A stretch of DNA of 64,000 nucleotides from a virus. The notes under the pieces were generated by a model. That model searched no databases and was not told the DNA's origin. It saw only the letters and a program-made list of their open reading frames with translations. The stretch's first letter is position 1. Every line of letters starts with the position of its first letter. The stretch covers positions 1 through 64,000 of IMG/VR virus record IMGVR_UViG_3300030329_006476; one strand, written 5' to 3'. The position numbers and the translations under genes are program-made. Below are positions 28,426 through 36,245 of this stretch, one piece after another.

Positions 28426-28731
28426 TTAATAGGCTTGAATTACCAAGCCACCGTTGTCCAATTCTAAAACCAAAGTTTCCTCTCTGAAATAGTTGAGGAC
28501 ATCGTCATCGTCCTCGCAATCTTCGGGAACCGAATAATCGCTCTTGAGTTCGTTCAGGTCTTCATATTCTGAAAACTCGCAACAAATGGCAATCGGGTCA
28601 AGTTCCATGTCGGGGCTTACTTCCTCGAAGAAATCAAACAAAGCCTTGCGACCTGCCACAGAGAAATTTTCTGACCTGTTCATCTGGTCAAAGGCGTTAA
28701 CGAAATCTCGCTCAGTAATTGTTTTAATCAT
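28426..28731 (-). CDS. Acidic conserved phage protein (ELDPIAICCEFSEY)
   Basis: GAAAGGA RBS; motif recurrent in phage early proteins. Confidence 0.7.
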   Translation of the reverse strand: MIKTITERDFVNAFDQMNRSENFSVAGRKALFDFFEEVSPDMELDPIAICCEFSEYEDLNELKSDYSVPEDCEDDDDVLNYFREETLVLELDNGGLVIQAY

Positions 28732-28750
28732 GGTTTTTTATTCCTTTCTT

Positions 28751-29146
28751 TTAGTTGTAAATCTCGGCTTGATGCTTTTCTTTTGCCAAATGTAAGTTGT
28801 CGATGAAATCCGTGGCTCCATCGCCTTGTAAATTGTTCATCAACTTGTTGATGTCGTCTTTGGTTTGCCATCCAAGCACATCGTCATAAGAAGCAAGAGG
28901 AATCATGGAATCATTTCTGAAAACCGCAACCTCATAAGTTCCCTTGGACGCATTGCCATAAAGCCCGCCGAAGGATTGGTCTTTATCTTTCATAGCGACC
29001 ACAGAAATCTGTAAACCATTTCCAAGGTCAAGCTTGGCTTGAATGGCATCTGCTTTAACAGCGTGTGCGTTAAACTTTAGGTCTTGGAAGCTATAATGCT
29101 TACGAAACAAAGACCTTAACCAATTTAATATCTTCTTTACTGTCAT
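28751..29146 (-). CDS. Early hypothetical protein (YEVAV...DVLGW type)
   Basis: Start taken at 29146, just after the promoter. Confidence 0.7.
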   Translation of the reverse strand: MTVKKILNWLRSLFRKHYSFQDLKFNAHAVKADAIQAKLDLGNGLQISVVAMKDKDQSFGGLYGNASKGTYEVAVFRNDSMIPLASYDDVLGWQTKDDINKLMNNLQGDGATDFIDNLHLAKEKHQAEIYN

Positions 29147-29209
29147 AGTAATAATATCGCACACTTTACCCCTAAACGCAAATAAAAAATGAACTTTTTT
29201 TAAAATAGT

Positions 29210-29291
29210 TCTAACTCGTTGGCAGTGAAGGGGTTATGACTCGCGCGGCGGGGCCCTCGGCCCCTAAGTCGTTGAGTATCAGCGGCTTACG
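29210..29291. repeat. 82-bp element, copy 8
   Basis: Palindromes at 29210 and 29263. Confidence 0.9.
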
Positions 29292-29292
29292 C

Positions 29293-29475
29293 CTATTGTG
29301 TCGACGCTTTGCCTATGGTGTAGGGCGAGTGACTCGCGTATCGGTCAATATTACGCTCCAGAATTTTAATCATCTCCACAGCAGCGTTCAAGGTATATAA
29401 ATCCTTTGTGCCGTCTGAAGCCCTCAAGGCTTTGCCGTGCTTTAGTATAACATAGTTGTTTAATTGTGAATCCAT
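29293..29475 (-). CDS. Early hypothetical protein
   Basis: Stop abuts element 8. Confidence 0.6.
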   Translation of the reverse strand: MDSQLNNYVILKHGKALRASDGTKDLYTLNAAVEMIKILERNIDRYASHSPYTIGKASTQ

Positions 29476-29481
29476 TGTATA

Positions 29482-29763
29482 TTAGTTTAAATACCCCCAA
29501 TTTTTTATAGGATTAACTTGCTTTCTTAACTCGCTAGGAGAATCTTCTTCTCTTTGAGCTAACCTCTTGACCTCCCTGTCAGACAATTCAAGACTTCTAG
29601 GGATGTCGGGAGACTTGGGGTCATCAACGATTAAATGTAATGACATTCCCGGGTCTGCTATTACCTTAAAGGTTTTTTCGCAAAAATCGGGAATCCTCTC
29701 AGCTTTAATCCCCAAGGCGTTTAGATGTTTAGTGGCTAGTTCAAAAGTTTTGTTATCAATCAT
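29482..29763 (-). CDS. Early hypothetical protein
   Basis: Start MIDNK at 29763. Confidence 0.6.
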   Translation of the reverse strand: MIDNKTFELATKHLNALGIKAERIPDFCEKTFKVIADPGMSLHLIVDDPKSPDIPRSLELSDREVKRLAQREEDSPSELRKQVNPIKNWGYLN

Positions 29764-29770
29764 GACACCC

Positions 29771-30055
29771 TTAGTCCTTTTGGTTGAATGTGGCAAGCAA
29801 TTCTGGGCTTGCGTCCGCATAAGCCTCGTCTTCCTCGTCTACGCTTTCAGCCGAGTCAGTGCCGAGAAAACTCAATTCGTCGCCCAAATCCGTCTGGTCA
29901 GGTGCAAGTTGCCCGTGTTCGGCAAGAAAAGCTTCGGTCGCTTCTTGCTCGACGATTTCCTCAACTTCTTGCTTGGTGAGGGCAGGTTGACCATTTTTTA
30001 CTCTCTGCAAGGTTGCCTCGTAGATTCTGCGTTTTGCTTCTTCAGTATAATCCAT
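29771..30055 (-). CDS. Early acidic protein
   Basis: GAGGAG RBS, start MDYTEE. Confidence 0.65.
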   Translation of the reverse strand: MDYTEEAKRRIYEATLQRVKNGQPALTKQEVEEIVEQEATEAFLAEHGQLAPDQTDLGDELSFLGTDSAESVDEEDEAYADASPELLATFNQKD

Positions 30056-30057
30056 TT

Positions 30058-30240
30058 TTAGATTTCTCCTCTCGTTACTAAGTTGCCCAAAAAAGAGAAT
30101 CCTGCATCCCCTTCTTTCTTGGCGAGTTTGTTGGCAAGGCGAAGTGCCTTTGCCCGACTTTGGACTTGCTCTACAAGGAATCCTCCAACAAAAATGTTGA
30201 ACCATCCTTGGAGATTTTCGTTTTTCTCAATCTTAATCAT
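30058..30240 (-). CDS. Early hypothetical protein
   Basis: TTGCAT-N17-TACCTT then ATG at 30240. Confidence 0.65.
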   Translation of the reverse strand: MIKIEKNENLQGWFNIFVGGFLVEQVQSRAKALRLANKLAKKEGDAGFSFLGNLVTRGEI

Positions 30241-30309
30241 ACTTACAAGGTAAACTAGTTTTGCGCAAAATGCAAATAAAAAATGAACTTTTTTTAAAAA
30301 TAAAGTGAA

Positions 30310-30493
30310 TGAGAGTCGAGCCGCCACACTCGATAAAGCTTTCAAGGGTTGACCTACTAGGCGTTGTACTGCCTCTCAAAATTGTGTCTCGTGCTGTGCC
30401 ACATGACTGCACCCAGATTTGTGAAGGTTGCGATCCTCCTGTCTTGAGGGGTTTATGTCTCAAGTCTGACACGAGACTGAAATGTTAAAGAAC
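30310..30493 (-). ncRNA. Candidate structured ncRNA unit (boxA + 92-nt and 69-nt closed domains)
   Basis: Promoter TTGCAA(30529)-N17-TATTGT; boxA-like GTTCTTTAACAT; closing stems GUCUCGUG/CACGAGAC and UGAGAG/CUCUCA. Confidence 0.6.
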
Positions 30494-30557
30494 TATAAAT
30501 ACAATAACCCCGAAACCTAATAATTGCAAGAAAAAAGTGAAGTTTTTTACAAATAGT

Positions 30558-30639
30558 CGTAACCCTCTGACTGTCAAGGAGTTACGACCGGCACGGCCCG
30601 GCGCCCGAGTCATAAGTCGTTGATAGTCAAAGACTTGCA
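30558..30639. repeat. 82-bp element, copy 9
   Basis: Palindromes at 30558 and 30611. Confidence 0.95.
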
Positions 30640-30655
30640 ACCAAATAAGTGATCC

Positions 30656-30693
30656 AAAAAAACCCCCAGAGATTTCTCTCCGGGGGCTTTATT
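30656..30693 (-). terminator. Intrinsic terminator after the DUF932 gene
   Basis: A7-CCCCC-AGAGA...TCTCT-C-GGGGG hairpin. Confidence 0.75.
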
Positions 30694-30723
30694 TGGTAGG
30701 GATTCGTTTCCTTTTTGGACGCC

Positions 30724-31557
30724 TTAGGACAGGGTGACCAATCCCTCTTGTACATCCACTTCCGCATAAGGGTCAAGTACGGAATGCAAAGCATAGGAGC
30801 GATTTCTCACATTCGTGGGCTGATTGAAGTTCACATGACTTCCCTTGTAGGTTTCGGTGAAGGCATTGTAAAGAGAATTTACATTCCTGTCCCAAAATTC
30901 GGAATGGTCGCTACTTTCCCATTGGTTGAGAACATCAGGAATTTGCGTGACATTTATCGCCTTCGCCTTGTAAGCTTGGATAATAAGGTCATTAGCCTCG
31001 GAATTGCTAATCTCTCTGTTCTTGTAGCCATCAACCCTTGTATCTTGGGTGTTCCACATGGTGAAGAGCTTTCCAATCCCCTCTACCATTCTTTGCCTGA
31101 ACGATTCAAGTAATTGTGGCAGTTCGCCAGTATGCTTATGCTTTACCTCAACCTCATTTGAGAAAATCAAATTATCACAAACAAAGGGTGCATCTCCTGC
31201 ACACATACCAACCGAAAACTTCTTGTCATTGGAGTTTCGCAATCCTACGACTGTCCCACGCTCGTTTTGACCCTTTCTGGTGGAATGGGTAACTTGAAAC
31301 AAACCAAAGTAACGCTTTCCTTCGTGACCAAGATTGTGGCATTCGTTCTCTACCCTGAAGTTTCTTTCGTTCAAAACGGAACGCAACGAGTCGATTACAT
31401 CCTTGTGGGGTAACGGTTGGTGGGAAATCGAAACGCTTCCATCCTTTCTGGCTTTTTGCCGATAAGTGGCTGGAGGGGTTGGGGTTGCTTTTACTCGTGA
31501 TAGGCAAACTACTTCGTGTTGGTTTCCGCAGATGCTTAAGTCTAATTTTTTTGTCAT
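30724..31557 (-). CDS. DUF932-family protein
   Basis: GLRNSND...AG...FVCDNL, KHT and SLYNAFTE motifs; start MTKKLD with AAGGA RBS. Confidence 0.75.
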   Translation of the reverse strand: MTKKLDLSICGNQHEVVCLSRVKATPTPPATYRQKARKDGSVSISHQPLPHKDVIDSLRSVLNERNFRVENECHNLGHEGKRYFGLFQVTHSTRKGQNERGTVVGLRNSNDKKFSVGMCAGDAPFVCDNLIFSNEVEVKHKHTGELPQLLESFRQRMVEGIGKLFTMWNTQDTRVDGYKNREISNSEANDLIIQAYKAKAINVTQIPDVLNQWESSDHSEFWDRNVNSLYNAFTETYKGSHVNFNQPTNVRNRSYALHSVLDPYAEVDVQEGLVTLS

Positions 31558-31623
31558 AATTTTATCCTTACTTTGTTGTTTTAATATATATACAATATAA
31601 TAATGGTGGGTTTTTGTCAATAG

Positions 31624-31866
31624 TTAATTTCGATAATTTTGATGTAATTTACCTTGCTCGTAAAGTTCTTCGTAGCTAATGGCTTTATCGGCAATAAGCT
31701 TGAGGTGGGCGCGGACTGCTCCAAGGATAACTTTGTCATCCAAGGAGAGCTTGGAATCCATAGGGCGAATTAAAAGTTCTGCAATTACTTCGAGGCAAGC
31801 CCCAAAGCTTTCGGCGGTTCCAAGGTCATCAACTAGAACTTCTTCTTTGTTATTGTTAAATCTCAT
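31624..31866 (-). CDS. Early hypothetical protein
   Basis: Promoter adjacent to element 10. Confidence 0.65.
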   Translation of the reverse strand: MRFNNNKEEVLVDDLGTAESFGACLEVIAELLIRPMDSKLSLDDKVILGAVRAHLKLIADKAISYEELYEQGKLHQNYRN

Positions 31867-31929
31867 TTTATAATAATCGCATAAAACAGAATAAAACGCA
31901 AGGAAAAAAATCGTTTTTTAAAAAAAAGT

Positions 31930-32011
31930 TGTAAACCCCTCTGCATCAACAAGTTACGACGGCAGGGGCCCCGCGCCGGCGCCGCAAGTCCTTGATGGTC
32001 AACGACTTACG
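31930..32011. repeat. 82-bp element, copy 10
   Basis: Palindromes at 31930 and 31983. Confidence 0.9.
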
Positions 32012-32034
32012 GCCCGGGAGGAGATTCGTGGCTC

Positions 32035-32253
32035 TTAGGCTCTTCGCTCCAAGTCGTAAAGCTTGTTCAGCAAATTGCGGTGATAATCCTTCTTTTGGTA
32101 ATAATCGGGAGTGTTTTCACCGTACATTTCCCGCACGGCAAGCTGGTACCCCAATTCTCTGAGGGCATGGCTTATTTTGAGGGCAGCTTTTCGCTCCCCT
32201 ATTTGCTTGTCGGTCAATTCCTTCCCTAGGAGTAGTTCTGGTGACGCAGTCAT
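32035..32253 (-). CDS. Early hypothetical protein
   Basis: ORF track; compact operon. Confidence 0.6.
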   Translation of the reverse strand: MTASPELLLGKELTDKQIGERKAALKISHALRELGYQLAVREMYGENTPDYYQKKDYHRNLLNKLYDLERRA

Positions 32254-32254
32254 C

Positions 32255-32491
32255 TTATACTCTATTCAATGCCACTACTCGGTCGTACCTGAACGAACGA
32301 TAGGCGTTACGATTGTGACAATAAGCTCGGAAGCCTGCCACCTTCACGCCTTCAGCCACATTTCCAAATTCCCGTTCGTGGTCGGGCTTATCGATGGTAT
32401 ACAACTCCGTCCTCCCGTCTTGCGTCTTGTAGACCAATTGGAATACGGGATTCTTGAGTAGGCGTTGGATTTTCTTTAGTGCTTTCTTCAT
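32255..32491 (-). CDS. Stand-alone WYL-like domain protein
   Basis: LVYKTQDG.T...AYCHNRNAYRSFRYDRV. Confidence 0.65.
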   Translation of the reverse strand: MKKALKKIQRLLKNPVFQLVYKTQDGRTELYTIDKPDHEREFGNVAEGVKVAGFRAYCHNRNAYRSFRYDRVVALNRV

Positions 32492-32498
32492 ATCGGTA

Positions 32499-32708
32499 TT
32501 AGTTTTCTTCGGGTTGCGTGTTAAGGTAAACTCGATTTGCCTCGTCTACTGTATCGAAGGGGATTTCCAGATAGTCTTTGTCCAACTTGTATGGACAATG
32601 AGGCGAATCAGCTTCCTCGTAAATTAAAAGGTACTGGTCGTTTTCCTTGTCGTATATGGGTTTGTCCTCCGCAGGGAGAACGCAATTTTCTCGAATGTAG
32701 TTAATCAT
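32499..32708 (-). CDS. Early hypothetical protein
   Basis: ORF track. Confidence 0.6.
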   Translation of the reverse strand: MINYIRENCVLPAEDKPIYDKENDQYLLIYEEADSPHCPYKLDKDYLEIPFDTVDEANRVYLNTQPEEN

Positions 32709-32725
32709 GGCGCTATTCTCTCAGA

Positions 32726-32983
32726 TTAAGAGGTGGTTGTCAAGTCTGCTTTGCTATCTTCCTCGACTTCCACCCCAAGGTGGCTCATTAGCTCGTACAT
32801 CGCGGGGTCATACTTGAAGTATTCATATGCGTGGTTGAGTAAACGAGTCAAATCAGAGTGGGAAGATTCGGTTCCCCTGTACCCTACATAAGAACTCATC
32901 TCCTTTACCTCATCGTATATCTCAAAGATATTGAGATTCCAATTCCAACCTTCGACTCTCGCTTCAATTTCTTTATCGGTCAT
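32726..32983 (-). CDS. Early hypothetical protein
   Basis: AAGGAG RBS. Confidence 0.65.
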   Translation of the reverse strand: MTDKEIEARVEGWNWNLNIFEIYDEVKEMSSYVGYRGTESSHSDLTRLLNHAYEYFKYDPAMYELMSHLGVEVEEDSKADLTTTS

Positions 32984-33260
32984 TTTTTTGCTCCTTTACT
33001 TTTTCGTTGTGTTCGTCTGCCCACTTGGCGAGACTAAGAAGTTCTTCCTTAATCTCCCTTTTGGATTGGTCGGACGCTTTTGGATTAGCGAGAACTGCTA
33101 CCATGGTGGGTATGAGTCCTTGCCATTTGGGTGTGATGTCGATTTCTTTCATTTAAAGCTAACTTCCAAAGTACTTTCCGTGATGATTATAGTGCCACCC
33201 CCTGCGTTCTTGAGGCGAGCTTGAAGTTCTTTTACCATTTCTGCGAATTCTTGCATTGTG

Positions 33261-33461
33261 CTATTCCCCCTGAAGTTTCTCCATATGGACAACAGACTCA
33301 TGCTCTTCCCATAGCTTCTCCCCCAATTCTCCAAGACTTTTATAGAGAGGCATCCACGGGTCACTCTTATCTACCTTTCCCCCCATCTCAGAGTAAAGTA
33401 TATGCTCTCTAAGTAGAGCAGACATTTCCAGTAATTGCTTGTAGTACTTTGTATCATTCAT
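33261..33461 (-). CDS. Early hypothetical protein
   Basis: ORF track. Confidence 0.55.
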   Translation of the reverse strand: MNDTKYYKQLLEMSALLREHILYSEMGGKVDKSDPWMPLYKSLGELGEKLWEEHESVVHMEKLQGE

Positions 33462-33473
33462 GCGTGTATTCTC

Positions 33474-33695
33474 TCAAATTTTGGTTGCGTTGTCAATAGA
33501 AAATTCAAAACTTTTCGCCTTGCAATAACATTCCGTTAAATACTCCTCAATCTCCTCGAATATAGAGTAAACATCCTGCCCGTATGCATAGATATCGTCT
33601 CCGTGCTCAAGTTCGTGCTCCATAGAGGTAGGGAGGCTATCCAACAAGTATTCATTGTCAGTTTCCCAGTTTATGTCGGTAATAGAGGCAATCAT
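33474..33695 (-). CDS. Acidic early protein (ITDINWETD type)
   Basis: ORF track. Confidence 0.6.
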   Translation of the reverse strand: MIASITDINWETDNEYLLDSLPTSMEHELEHGDDIYAYGQDVYSIFEEIEEYLTECYCKAKSFEFSIDNATKI

Positions 33696-33699
33696 GTCT

Positions 33700-34101
33700 T
33701 TACCACCAACAACTATAGTAAACCTTTTGTCCCTCAGAGATTGCTTCTCTTGCCTCTCTGATAAAGTTTAGGTCAGTTTCCTTGTAGTAATAGTCTCCAT
33801 CTTCAAATGGCTTCCCATCTTCATCTTCCCAAGAGAAAGAGTCTTCTCCGAAAAAGAATCCACCTGTTTCGGGTAGCGATTTGTTCTCAATATGAGCTTC
33901 AAGTTGCTCAAGGTCAGAAAGAGTAACCTCAAGCTCGATACAATTAAACCCACCTTCTTTTGCGTTTGGGCAACCCTTGTCCACCCAAAGTTGTTCCATC
34001 CAACCTTGGAGTCGATTATGCTTTCGCCAGTAAGCGAGTTCAATGTTTTCTTCCGAGGTTTCCTCTGGAAGCCTTCTGTATGCGTATTGGTCTAATCCCA
34101 T
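33700..34101 (-). CDS. Conserved phage protein (MGLD...YWRK.N...W family)
   Basis: MGLDQY, YWRKHN, GFFFG, VYYSCWW; AAGGAG RBS. Confidence 0.75.
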   Translation of the reverse strand: MGLDQYAYRRLPEETSEENIELAYWRKHNRLQGWMEQLWVDKGCPNAKEGGFNCIELEVTLSDLEQLEAHIENKSLPETGGFFFGEDSFSWEDEDGKPFEDGDYYYKETDLNFIREAREAISEGQKVYYSCWW

Positions 34102-34113
34102 TTTTTTATCTCC

Positions 34114-34404
34114 TTATAGTTGCGCTGAATTAAAAGAGGAGGTGATGCCAATCTCGTCTCGAAGCAAAGTCAAGTCTGTAATAATATCGTCGAGGACTTC
34201 CTCTGCCGACTGAATGGTATAACCTTCCTTGCCCTTATGAAATGCGTTTTTCACCCTGTCCATGCAAACTGGGTCATTCGGGGTGCAATAACGCAAATTG
34301 CCGTGAACTAGTTGAACGATTGTTTGTCGGATTTCTGATTGTTTCATGGGTTTTAACATATCAAATTGAGGTTTACTACGCAAGCCTAAAAACGAAATCT
34401 TCAA
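34114..34404 (-). CDS. Early hypothetical protein
   Basis: ORF track; true start probably later. Confidence 0.55.
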   Translation of the reverse strand: MKISFLGLRSKPQFDMLKPMKQSEIRQTIVQLVHGNLRYCTPNDPVCMDRVKNAFHKGKEGYTIQSAEEVLDDIITDLTLLRDEIGITSSFNSAQL

Positions 34405-34576
34405 AGTAATCTGGCTCTAGACCAAATTCTTGGACAAATTCATTTTGCCATTGGAAGATGTCGCCTCCAGCGTCGATGTCTTCACACATCTCGAAAAAGA
34501 AACGCCAGACTTGTTTTTTTGCGTCCGCTTGAGATAAACCGTCACGGGACATTAGGATTTTTATTGTTTCAATCAT
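34376..34576 (-). CDS. Conserved phage protein (ILM.RDG...FGLEPDY)
   Basis: Motif recurrent in phage early proteins; promoter next to element 11. Confidence 0.7.
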   Translation of the reverse strand: MIETIKILMSRDGLSQADAKKQVWRFFFEMCEDIDAGGDIFQWQNEFVQEFGLEPDYFEDFVFRLA

Positions 34577-34639
34577 GCCTCCATAATGACAGATTGGGGG
34601 TAAAACGCAAGAAAAAAATGCATTAAAAGCGAAAATAGT

Positions 34640-34721
34640 TCTAACCCCTTGGTATTCAAGGACTTGCGCGGGCGGGGAGGCACCCTTGGGCCCCTAAACC
34701 CTTTACGGTCAAACACTTAGG
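34640..34721. repeat. 82-bp element, copy 11
   Basis: Palindromes at 34640 and 34693. Confidence 0.9.
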
Positions 34722-35136
34722 ACGCTGACGCCCTAACCTCTTGGGGGTGCAGCTGAACGAATGAAGCGAACCACCGAGGCTTTTCCGTTCGTTGGTCTAC
34801 GAACGATTCGTACTTGTAGGGATTATAAGTGACTGGCGTCATTTCCCACCAACCCAAGTCATCCCAACAAGCAAACTCAGGTTCAGGATGGGATAAAAAC
34901 CCTCGCACCCCTGCATGAACATTCTTTCTTTGTTCTCGCAGGACTTTTTCTCTACCCTTGCGGTTTACCTTAAAGGCACATGAGTACAAGCGTATCACAT
35001 CATTTTTCTCGGTATGAGCCTTAACTAATCCATCTTGTTTTATCGACCAGCAATTCTTGTGAAGGTTCTTGTAAACAAATACCTTTCTGCTTTCGTCAAT
35101 TTTGTACCGTGGGTCTTCTTGCTTTAATTTAATCAT
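34717..35136 (-). CDS. Conserved phage protein (VY.NLHK..WS...KNVHA)
   Basis: Recurrent phage motif; stop inside element 11. Confidence 0.7.
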   Translation of the reverse strand: MIKLKQEDPRYKIDESRKVFVYKNLHKNCWSIKQDGLVKAHTEKNDVIRLYSCAFKVNRKGREKVLREQRKNVHAGVRGFLSHPEPEFACWDDLGWWEMTPVTYNPYKYESFVDQRTEKPRWFASFVQLHPQEVRASAS

Positions 35137-35387
35137 TACTTTACTCCGAATACTTCTTTTAACTTTTGGAAGCTTGAAGATTTAATAAAAACTTCTCTGC
35201 AGTAGTCTCCATGCAATCTCTCAACTGCCTCGATGCGATGAGCAACTCGGGACGCAGGACAGGCTTCTCTTGGAAGATAACCCCATTTAATAATCAATGT
35301 AGTATCGGGGAAATAGCAAGCAAGCTCTTGGCATTGCTCGGCATCCACATTACCCCATTGGGCGACAATCTCTTTTAGTAGTTTCAT
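35136..35387 (-). CDS. Early hypothetical protein
   Basis: TTGACT promoter adjacent to element 12. Confidence 0.65.
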   Translation of the reverse strand: MKLLKEIVAQWGNVDAEQCQELACYFPDTTLIIKWGYLPREACPASRVAHRIEAVERLHGDYCREVFIKSSSFQKLKEVFGVK

Positions 35388-35447
35388 GTCTCTAAATATG
35401 ACAGATTACACCTTTAAAGTCAAGGGGTTTTTTAAAAAAAGATTTCG

Positions 35448-35529
35448 CGTAACCCTTTCTCCCTCAATGACTTACGCGTCTAGACTCCCGCGCGCCGCGC
35501 CCTAACCCCTTGACCCTCAAGGACTTACG
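35448..35529. repeat. 82-bp element, copy 12
   Basis: Palindromes at 35448 and 35501. Confidence 0.9.
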
Positions 35530-35606
35530 ACTTAATGTTAATCTTTTCAGTTAAACTACAAAACTTATTCTAATAGGCGTTATTTATCTAATTTATGTTT
35601 GTATAT

Positions 35607-35735
35607 TTATTCTGGTTTTATTAGATTTTGTACTATCATTCCTCCTAGGGCAATCATAATAAGTGGTAAGTAAATTGCTATATTGGTTGGATTAATAAAA
35701 GATATAAAAAGTAATAAACCTAAAGTTTCTGTCAT
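35607..35735 (-). CDS. Small membrane protein (42 aa)
   Basis: Manual ORF MTETLGLLLF...; TTGACA-N17-TAGCAT upstream. Confidence 0.45.
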   Translation of the reverse strand: MTETLGLLLFISFINPTNIAIYLPLIMIALGGMIVQNLIKPE

Positions 35736-35814
35736 ATGGTATTGTTGTGTTGGTTAGTGTTTAGTGCTGTGTACTTAAAGGATCAATGCTAGCACATACT
35801 GGGTGAGTTGTCAA

Positions 35815-35857
35815 ATAAAAACCCCCCTCCCAACCGCAGGGAGGTCGGAAAGGGGGT
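35815..35857 (-). terminator. Intrinsic terminator closing the ncRNA operon
   Basis: ACCCCCUUUCCGACC...GGUUGGGAGGGGGGU then UUUAUUU. Confidence 0.65.
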
Positions 35858-35874
35858 ACCCACGAAAAAATAGA

Positions 35875-36059
35875 TGTGGGGAAGGATTACTGTATACCTT
35901 CAACTTTTCGGCGTGAACATCAGTTCATAGATTACCTACTTCGAACCACAGATCAGACATGGTATTAGTCTTATGCTCATCCGATTGGACTCCGCACCCC
36001 CACCACAGGGGATCTGCATACCTTAGCCCGCTCACGACAGGCTTGTTCGGTCACCCACA
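35875..36059 (-). ncRNA. manA-motif-like structured RNA (~185 nt)
   Basis: Terminal stem UGUGGG/CCCACA; GACCGAACAA, UAAGGU, GUGGUG, UACCA and GAAGGUAUACAGUAAUCCUUC blocks in the order recalled for the Rfam manA motif. Confidence 0.65.
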
Positions 36060-36155
36060 GGACGCCTCCGTCGAGACATCCAAAATACAACTCAAGACAG
36101 GCTGGGCAGATTACCCGTGAGAACCAGTGAGGCCTGTCCTGAGCTTAAAAAGAAA

Positions 36156-36167
36156 ATGTAAAAGAAC
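36156..36167 (-). promoter_or_regulatory. boxA-like antitermination site
   Basis: GTTCTTTTACAT, preceded by hairpin UCGAG-N9-CUCGA. Confidence 0.55.
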
Positions 36168-36245
36168 GTGGGGCTATTTTTTCGAGTCGCCCCTTCTCGA
36201 TCAGATTATTACGTATATACCTCACCTGAAGGCAAAGTATACTTT

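Noticed and set aside
30310-30378. Canonical tRNA gene
   Set aside because: No TTCRA T-loop in a proper stem, no clear anticodon arm, no CCA; kept only as a tRNA-like candidate
22431-35529. 82-bp elements as mini-CRISPR arrays (repeat-spacer-repeat)
   Set aside because: Repeats are degenerate rather than identical, the 24-bp spacers are all GC-rich and resemble each other, and no cas genes are present
22431-35529. 82-bp elements as intrinsic terminators or RNA hairpins
   Set aside because: No U-tails, mismatches are not compensated between arms, and real terminators occur separately beside copies 2 and 9
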